Positions 20,791-30,947 of a stretch of 64,000 nucleotides of DNA are shown here, one piece after another (the stretch's first letter is position 1; each line of letters starts with the position of its first letter). The notes below the pieces were generated by a model. The model ran no database searches and was not told the origin of the DNA. It saw only the letters and a list, made by a program, of their open reading frames with translations. This DNA is from an uncultured bacterium (GTDB taxonomy: Bacteria; Actinomycetota; Coriobacteriia; Coriobacteriales; Coriobacteriaceae), in contig CAJMQJ010000002.1 of NCBI GenBank assembly GCA_905215525.1, forward strand, positions 85,227 through 149,226, given 5' to 3'. Position numbers and translations under genes: made by a program.

Positions 20791-20923
20791 TGATACCTGC
20801 CTATTTGACAAATTCGTTCTATTCCTTTGAGGGGGAGCGTGCTATAGTAGGCGCTTGCATGACCTCACCGTGTCTCAGAGGTGTCATACATTTTTTGCAA
20901 GGAACTCGAAAGGAACTCCAGAA

Positions 20924-21190
20924 GTGGCAAACATCAAGTCTCAGAAGAAGCGTATCCGCACCAATGAGGCAGCTCGCATGCGTAACAAGGCTGTCAAGTC
21001 CGAGCTCAAGACGCTGACCAAGCACGTCCAGTCCGCCGTCGCCGAGGGCGACGCCGAGAAGGCCCAGGCTGCCCTCAAGACCGTTACCAAGCGTCTCGAC
21101 ATGGCTGCCGCCAAGCATGTTATCCACAAGAACCAGGCTTCCAACCGCAAGTCCGGTCTTGCCAAGCTCGTGAACAGCATCAACGCCTAA
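20924..21190 (+). CDS. rpsT: 30S ribosomal protein S20
   Basis: [23 protein letters not shown]… GTG start. The ORF-track start at 20855 was trimmed. Confidence 0.9.
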   Translation: MANIKSQKKRIRTNEAARMRNKAVKSELKTLTKHVQSAVAEGDAEKAQAALKTVTKRLDMAAAKHVIHKNQASNRKSGLAKLVNSINA

Positions 21191-21225
21191 GTTGTAAATT
21201 TCACACTACACAGATTACGCGCATA

Positions 21226-21261
21226 AATGGAGCCTGTTTTATGGAACAGGCTCCATTTTTT
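21226..21261 (+). terminator. Rho-independent terminator after rpsT
   Basis: AATGGAGCCTGTT-TTATGG-AACAGGCTCCATT followed by TTTT. Confidence 0.75.
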
Positions 21262-21286
21262 GTACCGCTCGGGTAAGATAGTCCGC

Positions 21287-23098
21287 ATGAATACTTCAAT
21301 TGACATTTCCCACATCCGCAACTTCTCAATCGTTGCGCACATCGACCATGGCAAGTCTACGATCAGCGACCGCATCCTCGAGCTCACCCATACCGTCGAC
21401 GAGCGCGACATGGAGTCGCAGCTGCTCGACACCATGGATATCGAGCGCGAGCGCGGCATCACGATCAAGTCCAACGCCGTCCGCGTGTCCTATGACGCCG
21501 ACGACGGCGAGACGTATCAGTTCAACCTCATCGATACGCCGGGCCATGTAGACTTTACCTACGAGGTCTCGCGTTCGCTGGCCGCTTGTGAGGGCGCGGT
21601 GCTCGTCGTCGACGCCACTCAGGGTGTCGAGGCACAGACCGTCTCCAACGCGACGCTCGCCATGAACGCCAATCTGGACATTGTGCCCGCCATCAACAAG
21701 ATCGACCTGCCCTCGGCCCATCCCGACGAGGTTAAGACCGAGATCGAGGACGACCTGGCGATTCCCGCCGATGATGCCGTGTGCGTCTCGGGCAAGACCG
21801 GCGAGGGCATTCACGATCTGCTGGAGTCCATCGTCTTTTTGATTTCGCCGCCTAAGGGCGATGCAAACGCTCCGCTCAAAGCGCTCATTTTGGATTCGTA
21901 CTTTGACGAGTATCGCGGTGTGGTGGCTACGGTGCGCGTCTTCGATGGTTCCATCAAAAAGGGCGATACCCTGCTTATGATGCAGGCCAAGGGCGACTTT
22001 TTGGTCGACGGCGTGGGCGTCAAGCGTCCTGCCGAGACCCCGGTCGACGCGCTGACCGTCGGCGAGGTTGGCTATGTGGTCACGGGTCTGAAGGACCCCG
22101 AGGCTGTGCGCGTGGGCGATACCCTTACGTGGGCTTCGAACCCCTGCCCCGAGCCTCTGCCGGGCTACCGCGAGGCCAAGCCCATGGTCTACACGGGCCT
22201 GTTCCCGATCGACAACAAGGACTACGAGAACCTGCGTGACGCCCTCGATAAGCTGCACGTCAACGACCCGTCGTTGGTGTGGGAGCCCGAGACCTCGGTG
22301 GCGCTCGGCTTTGGCTTCCGCGTGGGCTTCCTGGGCCTGCTGCACATGGAAGTCGTCAAGGAACGCCTGGAGCGCGAGTTCAACCTGGACCTCATTGCCA
22401 CGAGTCCCTCGGTCGACTATCACGTCTATAAGACCGACGGCGAAATGATCGATGTCCGCAGTCCGCAGGACCTTCCCGAGGCCACACGCATCGATCGTAT
22501 CGAGGAACCCTACCTCAAGGCAAAGATCATCTGCCCGCCTGAGTACACGGGTGCCGTCATGCAGCTCGCCATCGAGCACCGCGGCGTCACAACCGACATG
22601 ATCCACCTGACGAGCAAATCGGTCGAGATGCGCTTCGATATGCCGCTCGCCGAGCTCATCTTGGACTTCTTCGATCAGCTCAAGAGCCGCACCAAGGGTT
22701 ACGCCTCGCTCGACTATGAGTTCAACGAATATCGCCCCTCTGAGCTCGTCAAGCTCGACATCCTGCTTTCGGGCGACGAGGTGGACGCGCTTTCGTTTAT
22801 CGTCCATAAGGACAAGGCATATGGCCTGGCCCGTGGCCTGTGCGACAAGCTCAAGGAGATCATTCCGCGTCAGCTGTTCGAGGTGCCCATCCAGGGTGCT
22901 ATCGGCAACAAGATCATCGCCCGTTCCACCGTCAAGGCGCGTCGCAAGGACGTTCTTGCTAAGTGCTACGGCGGCGATATCTCGCGTAAGCGCAAGCTGC
23001 TCGAGAAGCAGAAAGAGGGCAAGAAGCGTATGAAGGCCATCGGATCGGTCGAGGTCCCGCAGGAGGCCTTTATGGCGATCCTCAAGGTGGACGAGTAG
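21287..23098 (+). CDS. lepA: Elongation factor 4 (LepA)
   Basis: G-domain [20 protein letters not shown] and DTPGHVDF motifs. Start trimmed to MNTSID. Confidence 0.95.
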   Translation: MNTSIDISHIRNFSIVAHIDHGKSTISDRILELTHTVDERDMESQLLDTMDIERERGITIKSNAVRVSYDADDGETYQFNLIDTPGHVDFTYEVSRSLAACEGAVLVVDATQGVEAQTVSNATLAMNANLDIVPAINKIDLPSAHPDEVKTEIEDDLAIPADDAVCVSGKTGEGIHDLLESIVFLISPPKGDANAPLKALILDSYFDEYRGVVATVRVFDGSIKKGDTLLMMQAKGDFLVDGVGVKRPAETPVDALTVGEVGYVVTGLKDPEAVRVGDTLTWASNPCPEPLPGYREAKPMVYTGLFPIDNKDYENLRDALDKLHVNDPSLVWEPETSVALGFGFRVGFLGLLHMEVVKERLEREFNLDLIATSPSVDYHVYKTDGEMIDVRSPQDLPEATRIDRIEEPYLKAKIICPPEYTGAVMQLAIEHRGVTTDMIHLTSKSVEMRFDMPLAELILDFFDQLKSRTKGYASLDYEFNEYRPSELVKLDILLSGDEVDALSFIVHKDKAYGLARGLCDKLKEIIPRQLFEVPIQGAIGNKIIARSTVKARRKDVLAKCYGGDISRKRKLLEKQKEGKKRMKAIGSVEVPQEAFMAILKVDE

Positions 23099-23102
23099 GT
23101 CT

Positions 23103-24146
23103 ATGGCTCTTTCCGAATATAGTCTGCGGCTGCTGGGCGCCTATGCCGAGCAGCCGTTCCTTATGGCTCCCATGGCGGGCGTGACCGACCCTGCCTATCG
23201 CATCATGTGTCGCCGCCGCGGTGCCAACCTTGCCTACAGCGAGATGGTGAGCGTGGCAGGCCTTGCCTATGCCAGTAATAAGACGTGGCGCCTGGTGCTA
23301 CCGGCCGACGAGGAGCAGCAGATTTGCGTGCAGCTCTTTGGCTCCAAGCCCGATCAGTTTGCGAGCGCCGTCGCCGCCGTCGAGGAGCGCGTTGGCGATC
23401 GCCTGTCGCTCATCGATATCAATATGGCATGTCCCGCCCGCAAGGTCGTTACCAAGGGCGAGGGCTCGGCGCTCATGCGCACGCCCGACCTGGCCGAGAA
23501 GATCGTCGAGGCCACGGTGGGCGCGGCGCACGTGCCCGTGACCGTCAAGATTCGCAAGGGCTTTTATGCCGAGGACCGCAATGCCGCGACATTTGCCCAG
23601 ATGCTTGAGGGCGCAGGGGCTGCCGCAGTCGCCGTGCATGGTCGTTGCGCCACGCAGCTCTACACGGGCCAGGCCGATTGGTCTGTCGTCGATGAGGTTG
23701 CCGACGCTGTCGAGATTCCCGTGATCGGTTCGGGCGATGTGTTCTCGGCCGAGGACGCTGCCGAGCATCTGCAAGGCTCGGGTGCCAGAGCGGTGTTTAT
23801 CGCGCGCGGCATCTACGGCAATCCGTGGGTGTTCGGCGATGCCCGAGCCCTTGCACTCGATGGCACGCCGGTTCCTTCTCGCTCCTCGGTTGAGCGCCTG
23901 GAGGCTCTGCGTGAGCACCTGACGTTGACGCACGAGCTTCTGCCGCTTATGTCGCGTGCCCGTACGTATGCAAGCTGGTACTTAAAGGGCATGCCCCATG
24001 CCGCCGCCTGGCGCGCTCAGGTGGTGCGCTGCTCCACGTACGAGGAGTTTATGGCGCTGGTCGATGATATCGAGCGCGACGTGGTGCTCTGTGAGGCCGC
24101 GCTTGCCGCTGGTGAGCCGGTGCCCGCTCATCCGCTGGAGGCTTAA
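23103..24146 (+). CDS. dus: tRNA-dihydrouridine synthase
   Basis: MAPMAGVTDPAYR and FMN-binding TIM-barrel motifs. Confidence 0.9.
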   Translation: MALSEYSLRLLGAYAEQPFLMAPMAGVTDPAYRIMCRRRGANLAYSEMVSVAGLAYASNKTWRLVLPADEEQQICVQLFGSKPDQFASAVAAVEERVGDRLSLIDINMACPARKVVTKGEGSALMRTPDLAEKIVEATVGAAHVPVTVKIRKGFYAEDRNAATFAQMLEGAGAAAVAVHGRCATQLYTGQADWSVVDEVADAVEIPVIGSGDVFSAEDAAEHLQGSGARAVFIARGIYGNPWVFGDARALALDGTPVPSRSSVERLEALREHLTLTHELLPLMSRARTYASWYLKGMPHAAAWRAQVVRCSTYEEFMALVDDIERDVVLCEAALAAGEPVPAHPLEA

Positions 24147-24148
24147 GG

Positions 24149-25381
24149 GTGGCCGTTACCGCGCTGTATGTGCATGTGCCGTTTTGCGCCCAAAAGTGCA
24201 GGTACTGCGACTTTGACTCGCGCAGTTTTCCCCCGTTCGACCTGGGCGCTGCGCTCGATGCCTATTTTGAACAGCTGTATGCACGCCTCGATGCCTATGG
24301 CGACGCCGGGGCGCTTGCACAGATCCGCACCGTCTATGTTGGCGGCGGCACGCCGTCGCTGGCGGGGGAGCGTCTGGTAGAACTCGCCCGGCGTATCTCT
24401 GCGAGGTGTAAGCCCGTTGAGTTTACCTGCGAGGCTAATCCAGAGTCGTTGACTCCACGGCTCGCTGCGGCGCTTGCCAGCGTAGGCGTCACGCGCATTT
24501 CTTTGGGAGTTCAGACCCTCGACAACGCCGAGCTTGCCTCGATCGGCCGTATCCACGATGCGGGTCGCGCCCTTGCGGCCATCGCCACGGTCAAGGATGC
24601 CGGGCTCGATGTGTCGTGCGACCTTATGTGCGGCCTTCCCGGGCAGACCGCTGTAAGCTGGCAGCGTACGCTCGATGGCGTGCTTGCGGCGGCCCCGCAC
24701 CATGTGTCGGTCTATCCGCTCACGCTCGAGGAGGGCACGCCGCTTTACCGCATGGCGTGCCGTGACGAGTCGCTTGAGCCCGATGAGGATTTCCAAGCCG
24801 CATGCATGGACGTTGCGCGCGAGCGGCTGAGTTCGGCAGGCTACCATCCGTATGAGGTGGCAAGCTACGCGCTCGACTGCCATGAGTGTGCTCACAACAT
24901 TGCCTATTGGACCGGACAAGGCTATCTGGGCTTGGGTCGTTCTGCCGCCGGTATGCTCGACGCCGGGGATTTCGATCGCTTGGCCGGGCTGTTTCCCGCC
25001 GTGCCCGCTCGCGGCGATGCGTATCGCGTGCGCTTGGTGCAACGCGACGATGCCGCTACGACGTTTGATGCCGAGTATCTGTCGCAGCGCGAGGCGGCAG
25101 CCGAGGATTTGATGCTTGCCTGCCGCATGACGCGTGGCATTGGGCCCGACTTGTTGGTTCGCTCGGCAAGCGTGATCGCTGCAGATGAGTTGGCGGCGGC
25201 CTGTGACCGTGCACTCGAGTTGGGCCTTGCCGCCTGGGTGCCCGATCATATTGAAGGACATGCGGGACGCGTCACCTCAAAAGACGTTATCGCAGGTCGC
25301 GTCCGTGCTCGTTTAGCGCCCACCCACTTGGGCTGGCTCGATGGAAATGTGCTGTTCGAGCTGTTTTGGGGTCTAGCCTAG
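24149..25381 (+). CDS. hemW: Radical SAM heme chaperone HemW (HemN-like)
   Basis: LYVHVPFCAQKCRYCDF radical-SAM motif. Conserved lepA-hemW neighbourhood. Confidence 0.85.
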   Translation: MAVTALYVHVPFCAQKCRYCDFDSRSFPPFDLGAALDAYFEQLYARLDAYGDAGALAQIRTVYVGGGTPSLAGERLVELARRISARCKPVEFTCEANPESLTPRLAAALASVGVTRISLGVQTLDNAELASIGRIHDAGRALAAIATVKDAGLDVSCDLMCGLPGQTAVSWQRTLDGVLAAAPHHVSVYPLTLEEGTPLYRMACRDESLEPDEDFQAACMDVARERLSSAGYHPYEVASYALDCHECAHNIAYWTGQGYLGLGRSAAGMLDAGDFDRLAGLFPAVPARGDAYRVRLVQRDDAATTFDAEYLSQREAAAEDLMLACRMTRGIGPDLLVRSASVIAADELAAACDRALELGLAAWVPDHIEGHAGRVTSKDVIAGRVRARLAPTHLGWLDGNVLFELFWGLA

Positions 25382-25418
25382 GCCGCTCGGGTAGAATTAC
25401 CGCAATATATACGCTGCT

Positions 25419-26543
25419 GTGAGCAGGAGGTTGCCGCGCATGGCGACGATGAACGAAAAAGATTACTACGAGATTTTGGGTGTCTCTAAGGACGCCACCT
25501 CGCGTGATATACAAAAAGCCTTCCAGCAAAAGGCCCGCAAGCTCCATCCGGACGTCAATAAAGAGCCGGATGCCGAGGAAAAGTTCAAAGAGGTTTCCGA
25601 GGCCTATGCCGTGCTTTCGGACGAGCAGAAGCGTGCGCGCTATGACGCCATGCGCTCGGGCAATCCCTTCGCCGGCGCTCCTGCGGCTTCTCCCTATGGC
25701 GGCGGCTACGCCGGTAGCGCGGGCTATGGCAATCCCTTTGAGGGCGGCTTTCCCTTTGGTGGCGCCTGGGGCCAGCCGCGTCGCGGGCAGGCTGCCTATA
25801 ATCCCGAGAACGGCGCCAACGTGGTCGTCGATATTAAGCTCGACGCCAAGGAAGCCAAGGGTGGTGCCCGCAAGACCGTCCGCTATACGCGCTTCGATAC
25901 CTGTGGTCACTGCGGAGGCTCGGGTTCTGTCTCCTCCGAGCATGCACATACCTGTCCGAGCTGCGGCGGTCGCGGCCACATCGACGTCGACCTGTCCTTC
26001 CTGTTTGGTGCCGGCACGTTTCAGTCGGTCTGCCCCGAGTGCGGCGGTTCCGGTAAGGTCGTCGCCGACCCCTGCCCCGATTGCGGCGGCAGCGGGCGAA
26101 CCCGTGTGACCTCCGAGCAGACGATTGAGTTTCCTGCCGGTACGCACGATGGCGACGAGGTCCGTATTAGCGGTATGGGTCACGCCGGCACCAACGGTGC
26201 CTCGGGTGGCGATTTGGTCGGTCGCGCCCATGTTGAGGCCGAGCGCCTGGAAGGCAAGGCCCGTACCGGTTTTTACCTGATGGGCATCGTGGCGCCGTTT
26301 TTGGTGCTGTCGGCCATCTCGGGCGTGTTCTCGGCCTTTGCCGTGATGTGCTTTATTCCGTTTGCCATGGGCCTGTTCATGGTGCTCTCGGACGGCGTAC
26401 TGCATCGCAGCCTGCTGTGGTGGAAGCGCGGCGCGATGCAGTTTGCCAATGGTTTTGCCAACGGATTTATGTTTGCGCTCGTGTCGGTTTGGTTTGCGAG
26501 CTGCTCGCAGCGTGCCATGCTTTCGCCCTACGCAATGCAATAA
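25419..26543 (+). CDS. Membrane-anchored DnaJ-like protein (J domain plus CR-type zinc finger plus C-terminal 3-4 TM helices)
   Basis: J domain with HPD (KDYYEILGV…KLHPDVN). Four CxxCxGxG repeats. The DnaJ C-terminal domain II is replaced by hydrophobic helices ([40 protein letters not shown]…). Confidence 0.75.
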   Translation: MSRRLPRMATMNEKDYYEILGVSKDATSRDIQKAFQQKARKLHPDVNKEPDAEEKFKEVSEAYAVLSDEQKRARYDAMRSGNPFAGAPAASPYGGGYAGSAGYGNPFEGGFPFGGAWGQPRRGQAAYNPENGANVVVDIKLDAKEAKGGARKTVRYTRFDTCGHCGGSGSVSSEHAHTCPSCGGRGHIDVDLSFLFGAGTFQSVCPECGGSGKVVADPCPDCGGSGRTRVTSEQTIEFPAGTHDGDEVRISGMGHAGTNGASGGDLVGRAHVEAERLEGKARTGFYLMGIVAPFLVLSAISGVFSAFAVMCFIPFAMGLFMVLSDGVLHRSLLWWKRGAMQFANGFANGFMFALVSVWFASCSQRAMLSPYAMQ

Positions 26544-26624
26544 CATCAAACCCTCTGTTTGCGGCCGGCCCAGCTTGGGTATAGGACGCACTGTGACAAT
26601 AATGAAAGTCGGAAGGATTCGGTC

Positions 26625-27773
26625 GTGTCGGAAAATAGGGATTACTACGAGGTACTTGGCGTCGACAAGGATGCCGACGCGCGGACGATTAAACGCGCGT
26701 TTCTAAAGAAGGCCCGTACCGTACACCCGGACGTTTCGGACGACCCCGAGGCTGAGGCCAAGTTCAAGGAGCTCAACGAGGCGTATTCCGTTCTTTCCGA
26801 TGAGCAGAAGCGTGCTAACTACGACCGTTACGGCACTGCCGACGGCCCCGGTGGCTCCGGCTACGTCGATATCAATGATATCTTTGGCGGCATGGGCATG
26901 GACGACCTCTTCTCCTCGTTCTTTGGCGGCGGTGCCAGCGGTGGCGCCCGAAATCGCCGTGAGCGTCGTCGCGGCCGCGATATGGCCATCTCCCTTTCGG
27001 TGACCCTTGAGGAGGCGGCGCTCGGTTGCAAAAAGACGATCAGCTATGACCGCCTTGCCCCCTGCGAGGATTGCAACGGCACCGGCAGGGCCGAGGGTGC
27101 ACAGGAAAAGCAGTGCAGCCGCTGCCGCGGCACGGGCTATGTCACGACGGTCCAGCGTTCGTTCCTGGGCCAGGTTCAGTCCTCTTCGCCTTGCCCCGAC
27201 TGCCACGGCGAGGGCACGGTTATCGACCATCCCTGCGAGACCTGTGACGGTCAGGGCCGCACGCCTTCGCACGAAAAGATCGACATCGATATTCCCGCCG
27301 GTGTTTCGACCGGTCGCCAGCTGCGCGTGAGTGGTTTTGGCGAGGCCGGCCTTCGCGGCGAGCCTTCGGGTGACCTGATTGTCAACGTGCGCGTTGCCGA
27401 CCATGAGCGCTTTAAGCGCAACGGTGACGACCTGTACTTGGTGAGCGATATCTCGATTGCGCAGGCTGCGCTCGGCTGCGAGATCGAGGTCGAGGGCATT
27501 ATGCCCGACGAGGTCGTTAAGGTGACGGTTCCCGCCGGCGCCCAGTACGGCGACACCGTGAGCGTCAATAATTACGGCATGCCGCGCATTGGCGGTGGCG
27601 GTTCGCGTGGCCGCCTGATCGTGCAACTGCGCGTGGTCGTTCCCACCAATCTTTCCAATAAGCAACGCGAGCTGCTCCGTGCTTTTGCCGATGAGATGGG
27701 CGATGACGTCGCTTCCGGTAAGAAGTCGGTGACCGACCGTATCAAGAGTGCCCTCGACGATATCCTCGATTAA
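26625..27773 (+). CDS. dnaJ: Chaperone DnaJ (canonical type I: J, G/F, zinc finger, CTD)
   Basis: VSENRDYYEVLGV…HPD. Four CxxCxGxG repeats and full C-terminal domains. GTG 26625 follows GGAAGGA. Confidence 0.9.
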   Translation: MSENRDYYEVLGVDKDADARTIKRAFLKKARTVHPDVSDDPEAEAKFKELNEAYSVLSDEQKRANYDRYGTADGPGGSGYVDINDIFGGMGMDDLFSSFFGGGASGGARNRRERRRGRDMAISLSVTLEEAALGCKKTISYDRLAPCEDCNGTGRAEGAQEKQCSRCRGTGYVTTVQRSFLGQVQSSSPCPDCHGEGTVIDHPCETCDGQGRTPSHEKIDIDIPAGVSTGRQLRVSGFGEAGLRGEPSGDLIVNVRVADHERFKRNGDDLYLVSDISIAQAALGCEIEVEGIMPDEVVKVTVPAGAQYGDTVSVNNYGMPRIGGGGSRGRLIVQLRVVVPTNLSNKQRELLRAFADEMGDDVASGKKSVTDRIKSALDDILD

Positions 27774-27782
27774 GGAGCCCGC

Positions 27783-29075
27783 GTGCTCGCACCCCATATT
27801 TCCGTCGTCAACCTCGGCTGCCGTGTCAACCGGGTTGAGTCTGACCGTATCACTGCCGATCTTATGCGCCTGGGCTTTGCTATGGTGGAGCCCCAGGATG
27901 CCGATCTGATCGTCATTAACACCTGTGCCGTTACGGGCGAGGCCGAGGCCAAGACACGTAAGGCCGTCCGTCATGCGCTGGCCCATCCAAACGAGCCTTA
28001 TGTGCTCGCGACCGGTTGCGTGGTCAATTTGCATCCCGAGGAGCTGTTGGAGCTTTCGGATCGCGTGATCGCCGAGCCGTCCAAGATCGATGTCGCCGAA
28101 CGTGTCTGCGAGGTGCTGGGCGTTGAGTCCGATAGCGTTCCCGCCTGCAGCGATGGCGAGGTGGTCGATGCGCTCGGTCGCTCTCGCCTGGGCGTGAAGA
28201 TCCAGGACGGCTGCAACCATCGCTGCACCTATTGCATTGTGTGGAAGGCGCGCGGCCCCGAGCGCTCCGTGCCCGTCGAGTCCGTGCTTGAACAAGTTCG
28301 CGAGGCCCAGGAGGCCGGCGTGCCCGAGGTGGTGCTGACCGGTGTGAACCTGGGTGCCTACGATGGCAAGAGCGCGACCGACGAGCATGTCGAAATCGAT
28401 GAGCTGCTCGAGGCCATCATGGAGCGCACGACTATTGCGCATGTGCGCATTTCCTCGGTCGAGCCCATGGATATCTCTGAGCGCCTGCTTAAGGTTATGG
28501 CGCGCTATCCGCAGCGTATCGCCCCGTTTTTGCACCTGCCCGTGCAGTCCGGCTGTACGGCGACCCTGCATCGCATGGGTCGTCCCTATAGTGCGGAGGC
28601 CTTTGAGGACACGGTGCGTATGATTCGCGCCAACTTGCCCCAGGCGTCTCTTTCGTGCGATGTCATCGTCGGTTTTCCTGGTGAGACGGACGAGGAGTTC
28701 GAGGAGTCGCTGGCGCTGTGCCGCCGTGTGGGTTTCTCGCGTATGCACGTGTTCCGCTACAGCAAGCGTCCCGGTACCCTTGCTGCCGACATGCCCGACC
28801 AGGTGCCGCCCGAGGTTATGGCCGAGCGCAGCCGTCGTATGCGAGACACGGCGCAGGAGCTCGCTATTGCCGATGCTCGTCGTCGCGTGGGCACTGTCGA
28901 GCGTGCCGTGCTCGAGTATGGTGACAACCTGACGCTCGGTTCGTTCCATCATGCCCGTCTTGACGATACCTGTGGACTTACAGCCCCGTGCCTGCTCGAT
29001 GTTGCTATCATCGGAGTCGATGATTCCGGCTTGGTCCATGCGCGCAGGGAGGTCCATGGAAGCCTCGAAGATTAG
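27783..29075 (+). CDS. mtaB: MiaB-family radical SAM methylthiotransferase (MtaB-like, tRNA t6A37)
   Basis: UPF0004 N-terminus with conserved Cys. Radical SAM CNHRCTYC. Position immediately downstream of dnaJ, as for yqeV/mtaB. Confidence 0.8.
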   Translation: MLAPHISVVNLGCRVNRVESDRITADLMRLGFAMVEPQDADLIVINTCAVTGEAEAKTRKAVRHALAHPNEPYVLATGCVVNLHPEELLELSDRVIAEPSKIDVAERVCEVLGVESDSVPACSDGEVVDALGRSRLGVKIQDGCNHRCTYCIVWKARGPERSVPVESVLEQVREAQEAGVPEVVLTGVNLGAYDGKSATDEHVEIDELLEAIMERTTIAHVRISSVEPMDISERLLKVMARYPQRIAPFLHLPVQSGCTATLHRMGRPYSAEAFEDTVRMIRANLPQASLSCDVIVGFPGETDEEFEESLALCRRVGFSRMHVFRYSKRPGTLAADMPDQVPPEVMAERSRRMRDTAQELAIADARRRVGTVERAVLEYGDNLTLGSFHHARLDDTCGLTAPCLLDVAIIGVDDSGLVHARREVHGSLED

Positions 29076-30042
29076 ACTTACCGTTCCCGAGGGAGTTGAT
29101 CCCTCGCGCGTTTTGGGCGCCGGCGACGGCGTCCTTCGTGCGCTCGAGAGTTTGGTTCGCGCTCACGTGGTCGCCCGTGGCGATAGCATCGCCGTGAGCG
29201 GTGACCCGGACGAGGTCGAGCTCGTGGCTCGCTTTTTCGAACATGCTTTTCGCGAGGCGGCGGCCGGTCGTACCCTGTCTGCCGACGATGTCTCTCGCTG
29301 CATGGCCGTCTTGCGCGACGGTGAGCACGAGGCTACGTCGCTTCGCGATGACGTGCTGCTTTCGTATCGCGGCCGCGTCATTCGCCCCAAGACGCTCGGG
29401 CAAAAGCGCTATGTGGATGCCATCCGCTCGCATACCATCACGTTTGGCCTGGGTCCAGCCGGTACCGGTAAGACTTATCTGGCCATGGCGCTCGCCGTTG
29501 CCGCGCTCAAGCGCCACGAGGTGGGCCGTTTGATCTTGACGCGTCCGGTTGTCGAAGCAGGGGAGAACCTGGGCTTTTTGCCCGGCACCCTCGAGGAAAA
29601 GATCGATCCGTACATGCGTCCGCTCTACGACGCCCTTTTTGACATGATGGATCGCGAGCGCACCGATGAGCTTATGGAGCGCGGCGTGATCGAGATCGCC
29701 CCGCTTGCCTATATGCGCGGTCGTACGCTGAGCGATGCCTTCGTGGTGCTCGACGAAGCGCAAAATACCACGCCCGAGCAGATGAAGATGTTCCTGACAC
29801 GACTTGGATTCAACTCCAAGTTCGTGATTACCGGCGACCTCAGCCAGCGCGACCTGGTGGGTCGTCGTGGTGGCTTGGCGGATGTCGAGAAGATTTTGGG
29901 CCGTGTCGACGATGTGGCGTTTGCACACCTGGAGCGCGCCGATGTGGTGCGCCATGCCCTGGTGGGTCGTATCGTCGAGGCATACGATGCTTATGATGAC
30001 GTGCGTGAGCAGCGCTTGCGCGACCGAAAGGAGTCCCGTTGA
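29056..30042 (+). CDS. ybeZ: PhoH-like ATPase (YbeZ)
   Basis: Walker A GPAGTGKTYLA and Walker B VVLDEAQN. The ORF-track start at 28951 was trimmed to MEASKIRL, which overlaps the mtaB end. Confidence 0.9.
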   Translation: MEASKIRLTVPEGVDPSRVLGAGDGVLRALESLVRAHVVARGDSIAVSGDPDEVELVARFFEHAFREAAAGRTLSADDVSRCMAVLRDGEHEATSLRDDVLLSYRGRVIRPKTLGQKRYVDAIRSHTITFGLGPAGTGKTYLAMALAVAALKRHEVGRLILTRPVVEAGENLGFLPGTLEEKIDPYMRPLYDALFDMMDRERTDELMERGVIEIAPLAYMRGRTLSDAFVVLDEAQNTTPEQMKMFLTRLGFNSKFVITGDLSQRDLVGRRGGLADVEKILGRVDDVAFAHLERADVVRHALVGRIVEAYDAYDDVREQRLRDRKESR

Positions 30043-30548
30043 GTGTATTGATCAGCAACGATGCCGAGCTCGATACGCTGCTCGACGCGCAGGAGGTGGA
30101 GCACATTTGCGAGGTTGTGCTTGCCGCCGAGGACGTTGAACGTGAAGTCGAGATTTCCCTTTCGTATGTCGACGAGGACGAGATGCACGAGCTCAACCAC
30201 GAGTGGCGTGGCATCGACCGCACCACCGATGTGCTCTCGTTTGAATGCGACTCGGCCTTTGACGAGGATATTCCCGCCGACGAGACGCTCGAGCTCGGCG
30301 ATATCATCTTGGCCCCGCAGGTCATTGCCCGTCAGGCCCCCGGCTTTGGCAATAGCCCTGCCGACGAGTGCCGCCTGATGCTCGTACACGGCATGCTGCA
30401 CCTGCTGGGGTATGACCATATCGAGGACGACGAGGCCGAGGTCATGGAGGCCCGCGAGGACGCTATCCTGCGCGATCTGGCGCTCGAGCGCGGCGAGGAC
30501 CCCAAACTCGTTCACGTCGGCCCCATCACCAATCACGCCCACGACTAG
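30039..30548 (+). CDS. ybeY: Endoribonuclease YbeY
   Basis: HGMLHLLGYDH zinc-binding motif. Confidence 0.9.
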   Translation: MSVLISNDAELDTLLDAQEVEHICEVVLAAEDVEREVEISLSYVDEDEMHELNHEWRGIDRTTDVLSFECDSAFDEDIPADETLELGDIILAPQVIARQAPGFGNSPADECRLMLVHGMLHLLGYDHIEDDEAEVMEAREDAILRDLALERGEDPKLVHVGPITNHAHD

Positions 30549-30557
30549 GAGCCGTTT

Positions 30558-30935
30558 ATGATTCCCGGATCGAACAAGGACCATCCGTCCTTTTTAAAGT
30601 CGTTCTCCTACGCCATGGAGGGCTTCGTCACCGCCGTCAAGACCGAGCGCAACATTAAGGTCATGCTCGTAGCGGGCGTGTGCACCGTCATTGCCGGCTG
30701 CATCGTGGGGCTCGACATTGCCGAGTGGGCCACGATCATCATCTGCTGCGGCCTGGTGATTCACGGCGAGCTGTGCAATACCGCCATGGAGGCCATTGTC
30801 GATCTGGCGACCCAGGAGCTCCATCCGCTGGCAAAACGCGCCAAGGACATCGCCGCCGCCTCGGTATACGTACTTTCAATCACCGCCGCGATTGTGGGCT
30901 TGCTGGTATTTGCCCACGCGCTCGGCTTTATTTAG
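30558..30935 (+). CDS. dgkA: Diacylglycerol/undecaprenol kinase (DgkA family)
   Basis: 125 aa three-TM protein with an N-terminal FxxAxxGxxxxxxxERNxxxH-like motif (FSYAMEGFVTAVKTERNIK). Confidence 0.8.
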   Translation: MIPGSNKDHPSFLKSFSYAMEGFVTAVKTERNIKVMLVAGVCTVIAGCIVGLDIAEWATIIICCGLVIHGELCNTAMEAIVDLATQELHPLAKRAKDIAAASVYVLSITAAIVGLLVFAHALGFI

Positions 30936-30947
30936 AAAGGGATTCCC

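Noticed and set aside
24149-26624. Looked for hrcA and a CIRCE element upstream of dnaJ
   Set aside because: No HrcA-like ORF in any frame, and no TTAGCACTC-N9-GAGTGCTAA-like inverted repeat. Reported as an absence within Finding 4 rather than as a feature.
26703-29057. 784 aa - strand ORF antisense to dnaJ/mtaB. Similar long antisense ORFs at 31332-33353, 33299-35782, 36249-38105, 39199-40692, 42191-44218, 47537-49345 and 14906-16387
   Set aside because: All lie opposite strongly recognisable housekeeping genes and have Arg/Gly/Ala-rich low-complexity translations with no motifs. They are GC-driven open frames, not genes.
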